64,000 nucleotides of DNA from a virus (IMGVR_UViG_3300043219_000435); one strand, 5' to 3'; positions 1 to 8,947 are shown, numbered from the stretch's first letter. Program-made: numbers and translations. The notes: a model not told the origin generated them from the letters alone.

Positions 1-127
1 TTAATAAGGTTTTTAGTTTAGTAAAATATTTAACCATATATTCCACATTGACAGTGGCTATGGTGCTTGTATAACTCTTAAAAGCCTCTAGCTGTTCATT
101 TACCATATCATTAAATTCTTTATTCAT
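1..127 (-). CDS. hypothetical protein, N-terminal part (gene continues beyond window start)
   Basis: Reverse-complement reads ATG at 125-127 then MNKEFNDMVNEQLEAFKSY... with no stop before the window edge. Confidence 0.3.
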   Translation of the reverse strand, partial: MNKEFNDMVNEQLEAFKSYTSTIATVNVEYMVKYFTKLKTLL

Positions 128-232
128 AATATCCTCCGGTTAACTAAAGTATATTATAAACTGGTAGACATGTCAATATAATAAATGTACTTTAGTTTAA
201 GCCGGAGAATTGGAATACAGGTGATTCTCTAA

Positions 233-372
233 GAGTCTGTGGCGAAATAGATATGCTAAAAGCTCTGTAATGGGGTATAGTCAGTAGATGTGGTCCCTGT
301 AAACCGAAAGGCAGACGGGGTTAGTTCTGAGAAAGCCTTACATCTTGTAGGAATCGAATCCTTCCAGGCTCT
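233..372 (+). ncRNA. tRNA-like / Y-RNA-like structured RNA, copy 1 (approx. 140 nt)
   Basis: 5' GAGTCTG pairs with 3' CAGGCTC (one G-U); D-arm-like GGCGAAATAGATATGC follows the 5' strand; T-arm-like AGGAATCGAATCCT precedes the 3' strand; approx. 90-nt structured insert where the anticodon arm would be; ends in a T-run. Confidence 0.55.
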
Positions 373-396
373 TTTTTAAACTAAAGTGAGGTATTA

Positions 397-717
397 ATGT
401 CAATCGACAGACGTGATTATTTAGTAACAGGTTATAAATTACCAGGGGATTTCTTAAACGATTATGATGAAGAAATACTTTTGCCGTATATTGAAGGAAG
501 ACAAGGATTAGAATATCGTATTATTGCCGATAGTATGTGTGGTGAATATGTAGTATTTGGATATGTTCACAGCTCATCTTCTTCCGATGTAGGTTGGGAT
601 TTTGTAGAGATTAATATTGAATGTTACAATGATAACATACTTAAACAGTTTCATAGTTTATTTTTCAAAGAACCTGATGTACCGTTAACTACTTTTATAT
701 TCAGCGAATTCTGTTAA
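397..717 (+). CDS. hypothetical protein
   Basis: ORF with RBS GAGGTATTA upstream; follows the AACTAAAGT motif. Confidence 0.45.
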   Translation: MSIDRRDYLVTGYKLPGDFLNDYDEEILLPYIEGRQGLEYRIIADSMCGEYVVFGYVHSSSSSDVGWDFVEINIECYNDNILKQFHSLFFKEPDVPLTTFIFSEFC

Positions 718-729
718 AACTTTAGTTGT

Positions 730-873
730 GAGTCTGTGGCGAAATAGAAATGCTAATCATATAGGATAGGGTAGGCTTCCTTTGGGCGAAGCTAGAGAGT
801 GATGAATGGATCGTAACCTTACCAATGACCTTATATGGAACTCTCATGCAGGAATCGAATCCTGTCAGACTCA
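730..873 (+). ncRNA. tRNA-like / Y-RNA-like structured RNA, copy 2
   Basis: GAGTCTG...CAGACTC terminal helix; identical GGCGAAATAGAAATGC box; T-arm CAGGAATCGAATCCTG; internal long helix ATATAGG/CCTTATAT and GGTAGG/CCTTACC. Confidence 0.55.
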
Positions 874-924
874 TTTTTAAACTAAAGTAGTTATAGACGT
901 GTCAACAGAATTTGACTACTTTAG

Positions 925-1542
925 TTGCCAAAAAGGATTATAATGAAATATTTAATAATAATAGCTATAACACTAATTACTTCTTGTGTAACAGACCCTA
1001 CACCTCCTGATTTGTCCTCCATAGAAGCTAAACATGAGGCACTTCAAACTAAAGTAGATTCATTGTCACAGATACCAACTAAAGTAGATACGGTTGTTAT
1101 TAATGATACTGTTACTGTGTTTGACACTTTAGTTGTGAATGACACCTCGTTTGTTGTTACTAAGGATACAATGTTTTTTGTTACTAATGATACTATGGTA
1201 GTTCGAGATACTTTAGTTGAATTTGTCCAACAAGATGTTGTAAAGTCGGTTGGTGTTGAAAGATTCAATAGAGCAGATTTTGATTTGGCAGACCTGGGCT
1301 ATCATATGTATAGTCAGGAATATACATACTGTTCAGAAGATAATCCCAGGTTGATAATTATCCAACTGTCAGGAACAGACGATGGTGTTTTTGTTCCATT
1401 ATCGTTGATTGTGGATTTATTTGATAGACACGACATGTTTTTAAGTTTTGTTCATAACAACTGTAGTTTTTCATTTGCTACAAACGATTTAGATTATCTA
1501 CTAGCAAACTATCAATATTATAAAATAATTATGATAGACTAA
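925..1542 (+). CDS. lipoprotein with degenerate V.NDT/DTLV repeats
   Basis: Signal peptide and lipobox (LITSC); 6 short repeats encoded by reiterated ACTAAAGT/ACTTTAGTT-like DNA. Confidence 0.5.
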   Translation: MPKRIIMKYLIIIAITLITSCVTDPTPPDLSSIEAKHEALQTKVDSLSQIPTKVDTVVINDTVTVFDTLVVNDTSFVVTKDTMFFVTNDTMVVRDTLVEFVQQDVVKSVGVERFNRADFDLADLGYHMYSQEYTYCSEDNPRLIIIQLSGTDDGVFVPLSLIVDLFDRHDMFLSFVHNNCSFSFATNDLDYLLANYQYYKIIMID

Positions 1543-1584
1543 CAATACAGCAATCAAATATTAAACTAAAGCAAATAGGAAGTT

Positions 1585-2169
1585 ATGAAAACAATATTAT
1601 TAATCATAATATCATTAAGTGTTTTGTTATCAGCTCAAACAAATAATGGTATATTACAAGCTAAAGACTCTTCATACATCATGGTGGGTATTGGTGCATC
1701 TAGTAGGTATAAGATGAATCTATCAATGGGGTATATTGGAAAAGATAGTGATATTGGAATTTTAGTTAATATAAAATTTGATCCTTCGTCTGATATTACT
1801 GATGAACTAGTATATACAGATTTAAGTAAAAATCCTTTCGGTGATAAAAATGTTACTCAAGATTACAAATCTAGTCAGTGGAATGTGGAATTGATGATAC
1901 GAATGTATGATTATCTTTACTTGAATCCAATTATTGGATGGGGAACCGATGATTATTACAATAAACTTCAGGACAACACTGGTATCCTTAGTAATGGTGG
2001 GGACTATTACTATACACCTGCATACACAGATCAATATTTTGTAACAGGTTTGGGTGCTATGTTAAAAATAGGTTATGTAGTTGCATTATTGGAACTTGAA
2101 GTACCTTTAGGCAACTCAGAAAATAACATATTAGTAGGATTTAACATAGGCTGTATGTTGGGTTGGTAA
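1585..2169 (+). CDS. secreted protein, possible outer-membrane beta-barrel
   Basis: N-terminal signal peptide; alternating hydrophobic strands; C-terminal ...GCMLGW ending in an aromatic residue. Confidence 0.45.
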   Translation: MKTILLIIISLSVLLSAQTNNGILQAKDSSYIMVGIGASSRYKMNLSMGYIGKDSDIGILVNIKFDPSSDITDELVYTDLSKNPFGDKNVTQDYKSSQWNVELMIRMYDYLYLNPIIGWGTDDYYNKLQDNTGILSNGGDYYYTPAYTDQYFVTGLGAMLKIGYVVALLELEVPLGNSENNILVGFNIGCMLGW

Positions 2170-2194
2170 TTAACTAAAGTAAAAAGGAAATAAC

Positions 2195-3253
2195 ATGAAG
2201 ATATTAATACTATTAGTATTATCAATTTTGTCTATTGTAAGTGGTGCAAACATAGATGAAGATTATTTAATTTGTCGAGAATTTGAAAAGAAAAAAGATT
2301 GGACTAAAGTAATTGAGTATTGTGACAAATCTATAAAGAACAAACCTGATGGCAACAACCCATATCATAAGTTATGTATAGCACATAGTATGGTAGGCAA
2401 TAATGAGAAAGCTATTGAAAATTGTACCGTAGTTATAGTTCGTAAAAAATTAAGTAAAGATTTACAATACTCGTCATATTATTATAGAGCATTTGCAGGT
2501 TATAAGTTAAAGTATTATGATAAAGCTCTAATGGATATAGAGAATGCTATCACCTTAAACCAAAAAGGTATGGATCAATATATATTACAAGGTAAAATTA
2601 GATATAGCTTAAATGAATATAAAAAAGCTGATATAAGTTTTTCTCGTGTTATCAACCAGGATCGCAATAATTATACTGCGACATATGGTAGATATCTCAC
2701 AAGGTTAAAGTTAGGTAATTACAAAGGTGCATATACTGATATAACATATGCCATAGATATTAATAAAAGTAAACCTTCTACAAAAGACCTATCCAAGTTA
2801 TATGTATTACGTGGTATAGTATCGAGTAAATTGACTAGATACAAGCAGTCATTTGTAGATTTTAATCATGCACTTAGTGTAGATTCTACAAATTATAAGT
2901 CGCATGTTGGAATAGCGCAACTTAAACATAAGTTGTGCGACTATTATGGTGCTATTCAATCATACAACAATGCTATAAAATTAAGTAAAATTAATTCATC
3001 ACTTTTAACATATCGTGCAGAATCATGGTCTGAATTAAGTGAATATAAAAATGCACTGGCAGATTGCAACAGTGCCATTAAAATAGACGCTAACTACGCA
3101 AAAGCATATTATATGCGTGGTATGATACGAATAAAACAAAATATACTAGACAATAAAGGTTTGTATGATTTGTCTATAGCTGCAAATTTAGGCATGTTTA
3201 AGGTGTATAACGTTTTAAGAAAAATACACAATAAACGGAATTCACCAAACTAA
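2195..3253 (+). CDS. secreted TPR-repeat protein
   Basis: Signal peptide; repeated A..Y..A/KA.Y.RG TPR-like helices. Confidence 0.5.
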   Translation: MKILILLVLSILSIVSGANIDEDYLICREFEKKKDWTKVIEYCDKSIKNKPDGNNPYHKLCIAHSMVGNNEKAIENCTVVIVRKKLSKDLQYSSYYYRAFAGYKLKYYDKALMDIENAITLNQKGMDQYILQGKIRYSLNEYKKADISFSRVINQDRNNYTATYGRYLTRLKLGNYKGAYTDITYAIDINKSKPSTKDLSKLYVLRGIVSSKLTRYKQSFVDFNHALSVDSTNYKSHVGIAQLKHKLCDYYGAIQSYNNAIKLSKINSSLLTYRAESWSELSEYKNALADCNSAIKIDANYAKAYYMRGMIRIKQNILDNKGLYDLSIAANLGMFKVYNVLRKIHNKRNSPN

Positions 3254-3279
3254 AGTAGTTTTGTTGAACAAGGAATATT

Positions 3280-3588
3280 ATGAGTAATGATCACCCCACA
3301 AATGATCCTGAGTTTGGTCTTGATTCAAGATACAGTTCTAATGCAGAATTAACTAAGGATACAATTGCTTTACTAAAGGCAAGATTAAATAGAAATAAGT
3401 TAATGTGTGAATCAGTTAAAAGTATGGCAGTAATTGATGTTGATACTTATGGTTCAGAAGCAGGATCTTTTTGTCCTATGTGTTATGGTAGACCTGATGA
3501 TAAAGGATTTGTTGATAACATATCAAAGATACATCATGAGTTAGACTGTGGTTATATTATAGCCATTGAATTATTAGAAGAAAACTAA
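3280..3588 (+). CDS. small Cys/His protein (CPMCYGRP..DCGY family)
   Basis: Paralog of 4534..4746; shared CPMCYGRP.DKGF.DN...HE.DCGY.IAIELL. Confidence 0.5.
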   Translation: MSNDHPTNDPEFGLDSRYSSNAELTKDTIALLKARLNRNKLMCESVKSMAVIDVDTYGSEAGSFCPMCYGRPDDKGFVDNISKIHHELDCGYIIAIELLEEN

Positions 3589-3602
3589 AGTAGGAATAGT
3601 AT

Positions 3603-3884
3603 ATGATAAAAATAATGTCATTGGCTGTAATATTGATCACTATGTGTTGGTTATGTTTTACCATCAAAATATACCATCTAACCGATAGTTTAGCAGCGAC
3701 TTTAGTTATTGGTTCTTTTGGATTGTTTATATCTTTGTATTTTTGGATAGATTTATATTTTGTAAGTTGTAGATACAGAGCTAGAAACTATATAAATGAA
3801 ACATTGTCCAATAACGACAAACCATCTGCTTCAGCTGCAGATCGAAACATTATGAAAATGATTAAAAACTGGAAACTAAAGTAG
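3603..3884 (+). CDS. small membrane protein
   Basis: Two predicted TM helices; RBS GGAATAG. Confidence 0.45.
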   Translation: MIKIMSLAVILITMCWLCFTIKIYHLTDSLAATLVIGSFGLFISLYFWIDLYFVSCRYRARNYINETLSNNDKPSASAADRNIMKMIKNWKLK

Positions 3885-3890
3885 GTTACG

Positions 3891-4070
3891 ATGAAAGATA
3901 TTAAGAAAGGTTACTACTGGGTGAAGTTTTACAACCATGATGTTATGCAAGTAATGTTGTTTAATGGCAAGAACTTTGAAGGTTTCAAGAGTGACAACTT
4001 AATACCCGATGAGATAGAGGGTTACGAGTATATTGATTACCCACCAGTGGGCTTGTGTAACGACAACTAA
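3891..4070 (+). CDS. hypothetical small protein (59 aa)
   Basis: ATG preceded by AACTAAAGTAGGTTACG; ends within the motif. Confidence 0.3.
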   Translation: MKDIKKGYYWVKFYNHDVMQVMLFNGKNFEGFKSDNLIPDEIEGYEYIDYPPVGLCNDN

Positions 4071-4210
4071 AGTACTTCCCATGGTTCTATATCTTCTTTT
4101 ACTAATATATCGTACATACGGGTTTTTGGATTATATTTGTATGTAGGACCATATTTTTTAACGGGTTTCGGTCCAACTAAAGTATCGAGGTGTTTAACGA
4201 GTTCTGTCAC
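4067..4210 (-). CDS. mini member of the LDTLV...WEV family (47 aa, GTG start)
   Basis: Translation VTELVKHLDTLVGP...EPWEVL; no ATG, so the start is uncertain. Confidence 0.3.
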   Translation of the reverse strand: MTELVKHLDTLVGPKPVKKYGPTYKYNPKTRMYDILVKEDIEPWEVL

Positions 4211-4216
4211 TTTAGT

Positions 4217-4516
4217 TTACTCAAAATTTATTCTGGTTGATCTATATAAGTGACCATCATTTATGTATTTTTGTATGTTATCCAAACCACATGTATATTG
4301 TTTTGAATAAAACCCAACTCTAGTACCAACATGTCCTTTTAAATACAACAATCTTATAACTTGATCAGACCTATCATAAATCAACAATGCAGCAGATCCA
4401 TTGCTCTTTAGTACATAATAAGCAAGTTCAAGTCGTATATGCTCTATCACTTTAGTTGCTGACATAACTACAGGCTGTATGTTATCTTCATGTTCTTCAT
4501 TAATAATTTGTTTCAT
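4217..4516 (-). CDS. hypothetical protein
   Basis: ORF with RBS GAGGGATAA; CACTTTAGTT lies upstream in sense. Confidence 0.45.
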   Translation of the reverse strand: MKQIINEEHEDNIQPVVMSATKVIEHIRLELAYYVLKSNGSAALLIYDRSDQVIRLLYLKGHVGTRVGFYSKQYTCGLDNIQKYINDGHLYRSTRINFE

Positions 4517-4533
4517 TTATCCCTCTTTTTAAA

Positions 4534-4746
4534 CTAAAGTGTTTTTAACAATTCAATTGCTATAGTATATCCACAATCTGGTTCATGTTCTATTTCGGCC
4601 ATGTTATCTGTAAAACCTTTATCATTAGGTCTTCCATAACACATTGGACAATATGAACCTGCTGTAGATCCATTAGTATCAAAATCAATTACAAGCATAT
4701 CTCTAATAGATTCACACATTGTTTTAATTTGTTCTTCATTAGTCAT
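4534..4746 (-). CDS. small Cys/His protein (CPMCYGRP..DCGY family)
   Basis: Paralog of 3280..3588. Confidence 0.5.
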   Translation of the reverse strand: MTNEEQIKTMCESIRDMLVIDFDTNGSTAGSYCPMCYGRPNDKGFTDNMAEIEHEPDCGYTIAIELLKTL

Positions 4747-5020
4747 ACTTTAGTTTCTCTATTGTAGATGTATAATTACTCAAGGCTTCTTTATTTAAAA
4801 ATACTACGTTAGTTCCGTCATGATATATTTCCAAATTTCGATAATATGTATATAATCCATATTGAGAAACCTTTTTCATATGAACTTTATCACCTTCAAC
4901 CTTTATCTGCTGTAAAGTAATAACAAATACCTTAAGCCTTTGATTATTATCTATATCATCGAAACCATATAATAAATTATCATCCATATCAAATATTAAA
5001 CACTTTTTAACTTCTTTCAT
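4739..5020 (-). CDS. hypothetical protein
   Basis: ORF; TACTTTAGTT plus RBS upstream. Confidence 0.4.
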   Translation of the reverse strand: MKEVKKCLIFDMDDNLLYGFDDIDNNQRLKVFVITLQQIKVEGDKVHMKKVSQYGLYTYYRNLEIYHDGTNVVFLNKEALSNYTSTIEKLKYD

Positions 5021-5052
5021 AATCCTATCTTATATCCATAACTAAAGTATCC

Positions 5053-5277
5053 TTACATATTGTCAATACTGTCTTTTAAATTCATTACAATACTATCAGT
5101 ATACAGTTTTTGTTCGTGCATACGGATTAAATTATGGTTCACCATTTTGTAGAGGATTTCAACATCTTCCTTCATACGTTCTATATGTACTTTTAAACGC
5201 ACTATTTCTTCATCGCCAGTATCTTCATCTAAAACACAGGAGGTTAATAATAGTGAAAATAGTATTACAAATTTCAT
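5053..5277 (-). CDS. small lipoprotein
   Basis: MKFVILFSLLLTSC signal peptide with lipobox. Confidence 0.45.
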   Translation of the reverse strand: MKFVILFSLLLTSCVLDEDTGDEEIVRLKVHIERMKEDVEILYKMVNHNLIRMHEQKLYTDSIVMNLKDSIDNM

Positions 5278-5631
5278 TTAGATTCCAATTATCCGTTTAA
5301 GTATGTCTCTTAAATCAACTAGATCTTGAGCGCAATATTCTCCTTCATCAATCCATTCATCAGACATCATTTCCAGAGCTTCTTTAATTGGGAATTTTTT
5401 ATAATTTCCATCTTCAGCGGTTAATCTTTTAGTGACATTTCCAACTAAAGTGTTTACAATTTTATCTGCAGCATCATCAATGTTTACATTGAATACTTTA
5501 GTTTCAGTTCTTTTTTCTCCACAACAGCAGTTTCCAGGTTCATTGCTATATGGAGAACTACAGTAAGGATTGTGGCATTGATATTTTGAATTTGTCCCTC
5601 TCAGGATATCTTTAATTTTTTCTTTATTCAT
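5278..5631 (-). CDS. Cys-rich protein
   Basis: Internal start MNKEK with a strong RBS GGAGGGAAAT; it overlaps the stop of the upstream gene (ATGAATAA). The longer track ORF 5278..5781 would overlap 5624..5971. Confidence 0.4.
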   Translation of the reverse strand: MNKEKIKDILRGTNSKYQCHNPYCSSPYSNEPGNCCCGEKRTETKVFNVNIDDAADKIVNTLVGNVTKRLTAEDGNYKKFPIKEALEMMSDEWIDEGEYCAQDLVDLRDILKRIIGI

Positions 5632-5971
5632 ATTTCCCTCCACATTCGCTGCAGAATTTATGTGGACATCCTGTTGTATAATCTTCATGCCAATGTTCGT
5701 AATTACAGTAAGGACAATTGTATTTAACATTTCTAAAGCTATCTCTTTCTGTAGTTGTAACAATTCTTTTCTTTGTTTCAACTAAAGTATTCATATGATA
5801 TTTTACTTTAGTTGCGAGTTTTTTGGCGCATTCTCCGCAGAATTCTACACCTTTATCTTCATAGCTCAAACTAAAGTAGTCACCGAATTCATCAGATATA
5901 TCATGTCCACACCATGAACCTACAAGTTCATATTCTTTTTTACATTTTTTACATATTGTCATATTTCCCAA
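5624..5971 (-). CDS. zinc-ribbon-rich protein
   Basis: Multiple CxxC pairs (CKKC, CGEC, CPYC, CSEC). Confidence 0.45.
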   Translation of the reverse strand: MGNMTICKKCKKEYELVGSWCGHDISDEFGDYFSLSYEDKGVEFCGECAKKLATKVKYHMNTLVETKKRIVTTTERDSFRNVKYNCPYCNYEHWHEDYTTGCPHKFCSECGGKYE

Positions 5972-6318
5972 CCTTGATATGTTAAATTGTTATTAGGATA
6001 CAAAATCAGTCTACATTTTTCATCTAAAGACATATAATCTGCACCTATACATTTGAAATCTGCAAATGAAGACATATAATCTGTGCTTCTTTTAAAGATA
6101 GAAATGATATTAACTTGATACATCCATACGGTGGTGTTTTTGTATTTTACAATATATATTACATTTTCATCATGAATATCTCTTTCTATGTGGAATTCTT
6201 CAAAAACTAAAGTGAAGTCATCATTATATTTTGTAGCCACCTCTAATATAACATCATACAATTTTTGATGTAATGGAGATCTTATTCCAACTAAAGTATC
6301 GAGATGTTCTGGTGTCAT
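5959..6318 (-). CDS. LDTLV...GWEV family protein
   Basis: MTPEHLDTLVG...YQGWEI; the track ORF extends to 6330 (MGSE-) using an ATG that lies inside the upstream gene's GWE codons. Confidence 0.55.
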   Translation of the reverse strand: MTPEHLDTLVGIRSPLHQKLYDVILEVATKYNDDFTLVFEEFHIERDIHDENVIYIVKYKNTTVWMYQVNIISIFKRSTDYMSSFADFKCIGADYMSLDEKCRLILYPNNNLTYQGWEI

Positions 6319-6575
6319 TTCACTTCCCAACCTTCGTGTTCATCATGTTTTTTATACAATTTTGTTGTGCGGTCGAATACCTTACATAATATATCTTCTA
6401 AAGTATCAAATGCCTTAAACTCTATTACATATACTACACCAAAAGCATGTAAGGAAACCCAATGTTTTTTGTTATTTAAATATTCTATTACTTTAGTTTT
6501 AGCTACATGGAATTCATATAATATAAACGGATCTATATCAGGCACAACTAAAGTGTCCAGGTGTTCCGGTGTCAT
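6315..6575 (-). CDS. LDTLV...GWEV family protein
   Basis: MTPEHLDTLVVP...HEGWEVK; ATGA stop/start overlap with its neighbours. Confidence 0.55.
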   Translation of the reverse strand: MTPEHLDTLVVPDIDPFILYEFHVAKTKVIEYLNNKKHWVSLHAFGVVYVIEFKAFDTLEDILCKVFDRTTKLYKKHDEHEGWEVK

Positions 6576-6733
6576 TTTACTTCCCATCCATTTTCAATAG
6601 GTCTATAATTAGCTTTGTATTTGATATCTAAATAACGGTTATCAACCGTATAAAATCTACAGTATCTCCCTTCAATTATACAATAGCCATAATTATCAGG
6701 TACAACTAAAGTATCGAGGTGATCGGGTGTCAT
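6572..6733 (-). CDS. LDTLV...GWEV family protein (53 aa, absent from the ORF track)
   Basis: MTPDHLDTLVVPDNYGYCIIEG...ENGWEVK; fills the gap between its neighbours and has the same junction repeat. Confidence 0.5.
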   Translation of the reverse strand: MTPDHLDTLVVPDNYGYCIIEGRYCRFYTVDNRYLDIKYKANYRPIENGWEVK

Positions 6734-6963
6734 TTCACTTCCCATCCAGGATGTTGTATTTCTTCCCGATATTCTTGTACGTAGAACAGTTCTTTAAATT
6801 CTTGTACTGTCATATGGAATGTTTCCCAACCTTTATCATTCCCGAACCATACAGCAAAATAATGTGACCATGGTCCATAGCATGTAATAGTACCTCGATC
6901 CCATTGTTTTATATCAAGATCTGGATGATCTATTTTGCTTATAGCTGTTCCATAATCATTCAT
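6730..6963 (-). CDS. GWEV-C-terminus family protein
   Basis: ...HPGWEVK; sigma70-like TTGACT-N17-TATACT lies immediately upstream of the ATG (leaderless-like). Confidence 0.5.
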   Translation of the reverse strand: MNDYGTAISKIDHPDLDIKQWDRGTITCYGPWSHYFAVWFGNDKGWETFHMTVQEFKELFYVQEYREEIQHPGWEVK

Positions 6964-7034
6964 CTTTAAAGTATAATAAAAATATATAGACGAGTCAATA
7001 AAAAATATGTACTTTAGTTAAAAAGGATTAATAT

Positions 7035-7307
7035 ATGACTGGTGAACAGTTAGATGAATACCATAGAAAGCAGCAAGTTGCTATAGATTTTTGGAAGAAG
7101 CGAGGAGCTACTGACAAAGAGATATTGTGGTTTGAGCGTGGTGCGTGTACTGGAATGCATAATTATCGTAATATGTTATATGAGAATAAACAACAAGATA
7201 ATATTATGGTTGAGATGGAAGCTATGAAAGCAGCTAATAAAGTACGAGAACAGAATAATGAAGCTTTAAAGTATTCAGAAGAGTCATTTATGGATTTGAT
7301 AGAATAA
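7035..7307 (+). CDS. hypothetical protein
   Basis: GTCAATAAAAAATATGTACTTTAGTT promoter-like box followed by RBS AAAAGGA. Confidence 0.45.
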   Translation: MTGEQLDEYHRKQQVAIDFWKKRGATDKEILWFERGACTGMHNYRNMLYENKQQDNIMVEMEAMKAANKVREQNNEALKYSEESFMDLIE

Positions 7308-7312
7308 AAGGA

Positions 7313-7600
7313 TTGAGTATGAAGCAATTAATTGGTTGGGTGATAGGAATTGTTATGTTTTGTGTTGTTATGTTTGTTATGACTTGGTTTATAAACGACC
7401 AGATTGGGTCTGAAGCGCAAGAACGTAAGATTAGAAATCGTGATTACAAGTACCAGGTAACATGTACTGTTAATGGTAAAACTATAACCGAATATTTTTT
7501 GGATTGTTATTCTGGTCAAAGTGGTTTGCGATGTGGTAATAGTCGTGCTACTACATTTTTATGTCAGGGTAATTACAGTTACACAATAGTCCCAAAGTAG
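7313..7600 (+). CDS. membrane protein
   Basis: One N-terminal TM helix; RBS AAGGATTGAGT. Confidence 0.45.
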   Translation: MSMKQLIGWVIGIVMFCVVMFVMTWFINDQIGSEAQERKIRNRDYKYQVTCTVNGKTITEYFLDCYSGQSGLRCGNSRATTFLCQGNYSYTIVPK

Positions 7601-7608
7601 GAGTAAGT

Positions 7609-7818
7609 ATGAAGATAATAATTTTATTAAGTTTAATGGTTATGTCATGTAGTTATGATGTAAAATCGATTAAATGTTATTCTGATGATAAGGTAATATA
7701 CGAGAGTAATAATGTGTATAGTTTGATGTTAAATTCAAACAATCGATATACTATAATAGAGAAAGGTTCTAAAAAACATATAAATGTAAGTGGCAATTGT
7801 ATAGTGGAGCATTATTAA
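7609..7818 (+). CDS. small lipoprotein
   Basis: MKIIILLSLMVMSC lipobox. Confidence 0.45.
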   Translation: MKIIILLSLMVMSCSYDVKSIKCYSDDKVIYESNNVYSLMLNSNNRYTIIEKGSKKHINVSGNCIVEHY

Positions 7819-7819
7819 T

Positions 7820-8083
7820 ATGTCAAAAGATTTAAGGGATTTAAAGTCTTATACGATTGAGTTTGCATCGTGGAATAATGGTGACGATGATAATTTAAGT
7901 ACGAAGTTTATCACATATGATACAGAGGAAGAGGCTTTAGCTGTTTTGAAGCTGTGTCAGGACTGTGATAGTGTGAATGAAATCAGTAAAGAGTTGGATT
8001 TTTTAGAACATGAGAATCCAGATAATTTTTTAGTTGAGTTTTATATTCACCAACGTAAGCAATACATTTGGAAGAAGGAGTAA
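7820..8083 (+). CDS. SW.NDGD...ALA.LKLC family protein
   Basis: Paralog of 8335..8745 (FASWNNGDDDN...EEALAVLKLC). Confidence 0.45.
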   Translation: MSKDLRDLKSYTIEFASWNNGDDDNLSTKFITYDTEEEALAVLKLCQDCDSVNEISKELDFLEHENPDNFLVEFYIHQRKQYIWKKE

Positions 8084-8307
8084 ATATGTCAGAAGTAGAA
8101 GTAGTAAACGTTTGGGTATCGATCTCAGGAGATTATTGTGCATTCCATGAGATGGGTTTTTCAGTAGTATATGACATAACAAATGATATTCAGTTTGATG
8201 ATATGACATTAAAGGAATTGAAAGCTTTCAAAAATGATGGTGATTACTGTGATTATGAGAAGCGTAAAGCATTGAAAGATGGTAAGAATTATTATGTCAA
8301 ATGGTAG
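8068..8307 (+). CDS. hypothetical protein (weakly related GDYC motif)
   Basis: ORF with RBS AGGAGTAAAT. Confidence 0.4.
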   Translation: MEEGVNMSEVEVVNVWVSISGDYCAFHEMGFSVVYDITNDIQFDDMTLKELKAFKNDGDYCDYEKRKALKDGKNYYVKW

Positions 8308-8334
8308 AAGCAACTAAAGTAAAAAGGAATAAAT

Positions 8335-8745
8335 ATGGCAAAGAAATTAATAGCTAACAAAGGTTATACAGTTGAAGTTGAATCCTGGGAAAATGATGGT
8401 GATTATCGTGCAACTGAAACCATTGTCTATGAAAACAAGGAAAAGGCTTTAGCATTACTTAAGTTGTGCAAAAAATTGTTTTCTGATGGGGACGGTGGTA
8501 TTGGTAATGGTATGGGTGGATCTGAAGAGAAGATTAAAGCGTATGCAAAAAAGAACCGCAAGGTTATATCTACACTTTTTGGTGAAGATATTGATATTGA
8601 TAACGGGGATCATATTGTAGACTCCATTCGTGATTTAAAAGGTGATATAATGGGTTATACTGAAATATATGACTCAAGAGTATTTGAGAGTGGAACTGTA
8701 TATTATTCACCTGAAGATGTATATTTAGAAGTGATAAAAAAGTAA
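8335..8745 (+). CDS. SW.NDGD...ALA.LKLC family protein
   Basis: VESWENDGDYRATE...EKALALLKLC; RBS AAAGGAATAAAT. Confidence 0.45.
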   Translation: MAKKLIANKGYTVEVESWENDGDYRATETIVYENKEKALALLKLCKKLFSDGDGGIGNGMGGSEEKIKAYAKKNRKVISTLFGEDIDIDNGDHIVDSIRDLKGDIMGYTEIYDSRVFESGTVYYSPEDVYLEVIKK

Positions 8746-8752
8746 CTAAAGT

Positions 8753-8944
8753 ATGAGCGATTGTATTTGTCATAAATGTATAAAAGAGAATAATTTAACG
8801 AATGAAGCTGGTTGGCCGTTAAGTTCTTGTGTAATGATAGTGTGTGACATATGTGGCAATAAACGCTGTCCAAAGGCTTCTGACCATGCTTTAGCTTGTA
8901 CTAATAGCAATGCACCAGGACAGCCAGGAAGTATCTACAGGTAA
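8753..8944 (+). CDS. Cys-rich small protein
   Basis: CICHKC...CDICGNKRCP. Confidence 0.4.
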   Translation: MSDCICHKCIKENNLTNEAGWPLSSCVMIVCDICGNKRCPKASDHALACTNSNAPGQPGSIYR

Positions 8945-8947
8945 CGT

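Noticed and set aside
233-372. Hammerhead, twister or pistol ribozyme interpretation of the CGAAA-containing box
   Set aside because: No CUGANGA core, and no matching twister or pistol conserved nucleotides. The tRNA-like arms explain the conservation better.
1044-1268. Minus-strand ORF (74 aa) inside the lipoprotein gene
   Set aside because: It is antisense to a better-supported gene. Its STKV and TTKV peptides are simply the 9-mer motif read in another frame.
6304-6600. Plus-strand ORFs antisense to the minus-strand family arrays (also 11452..11733 and 11004..11252)
   Set aside because: They lie fully inside tandem minus-strand genes that have RBSs and coupled overlaps. The reading frames are kept open only by motif repeats.
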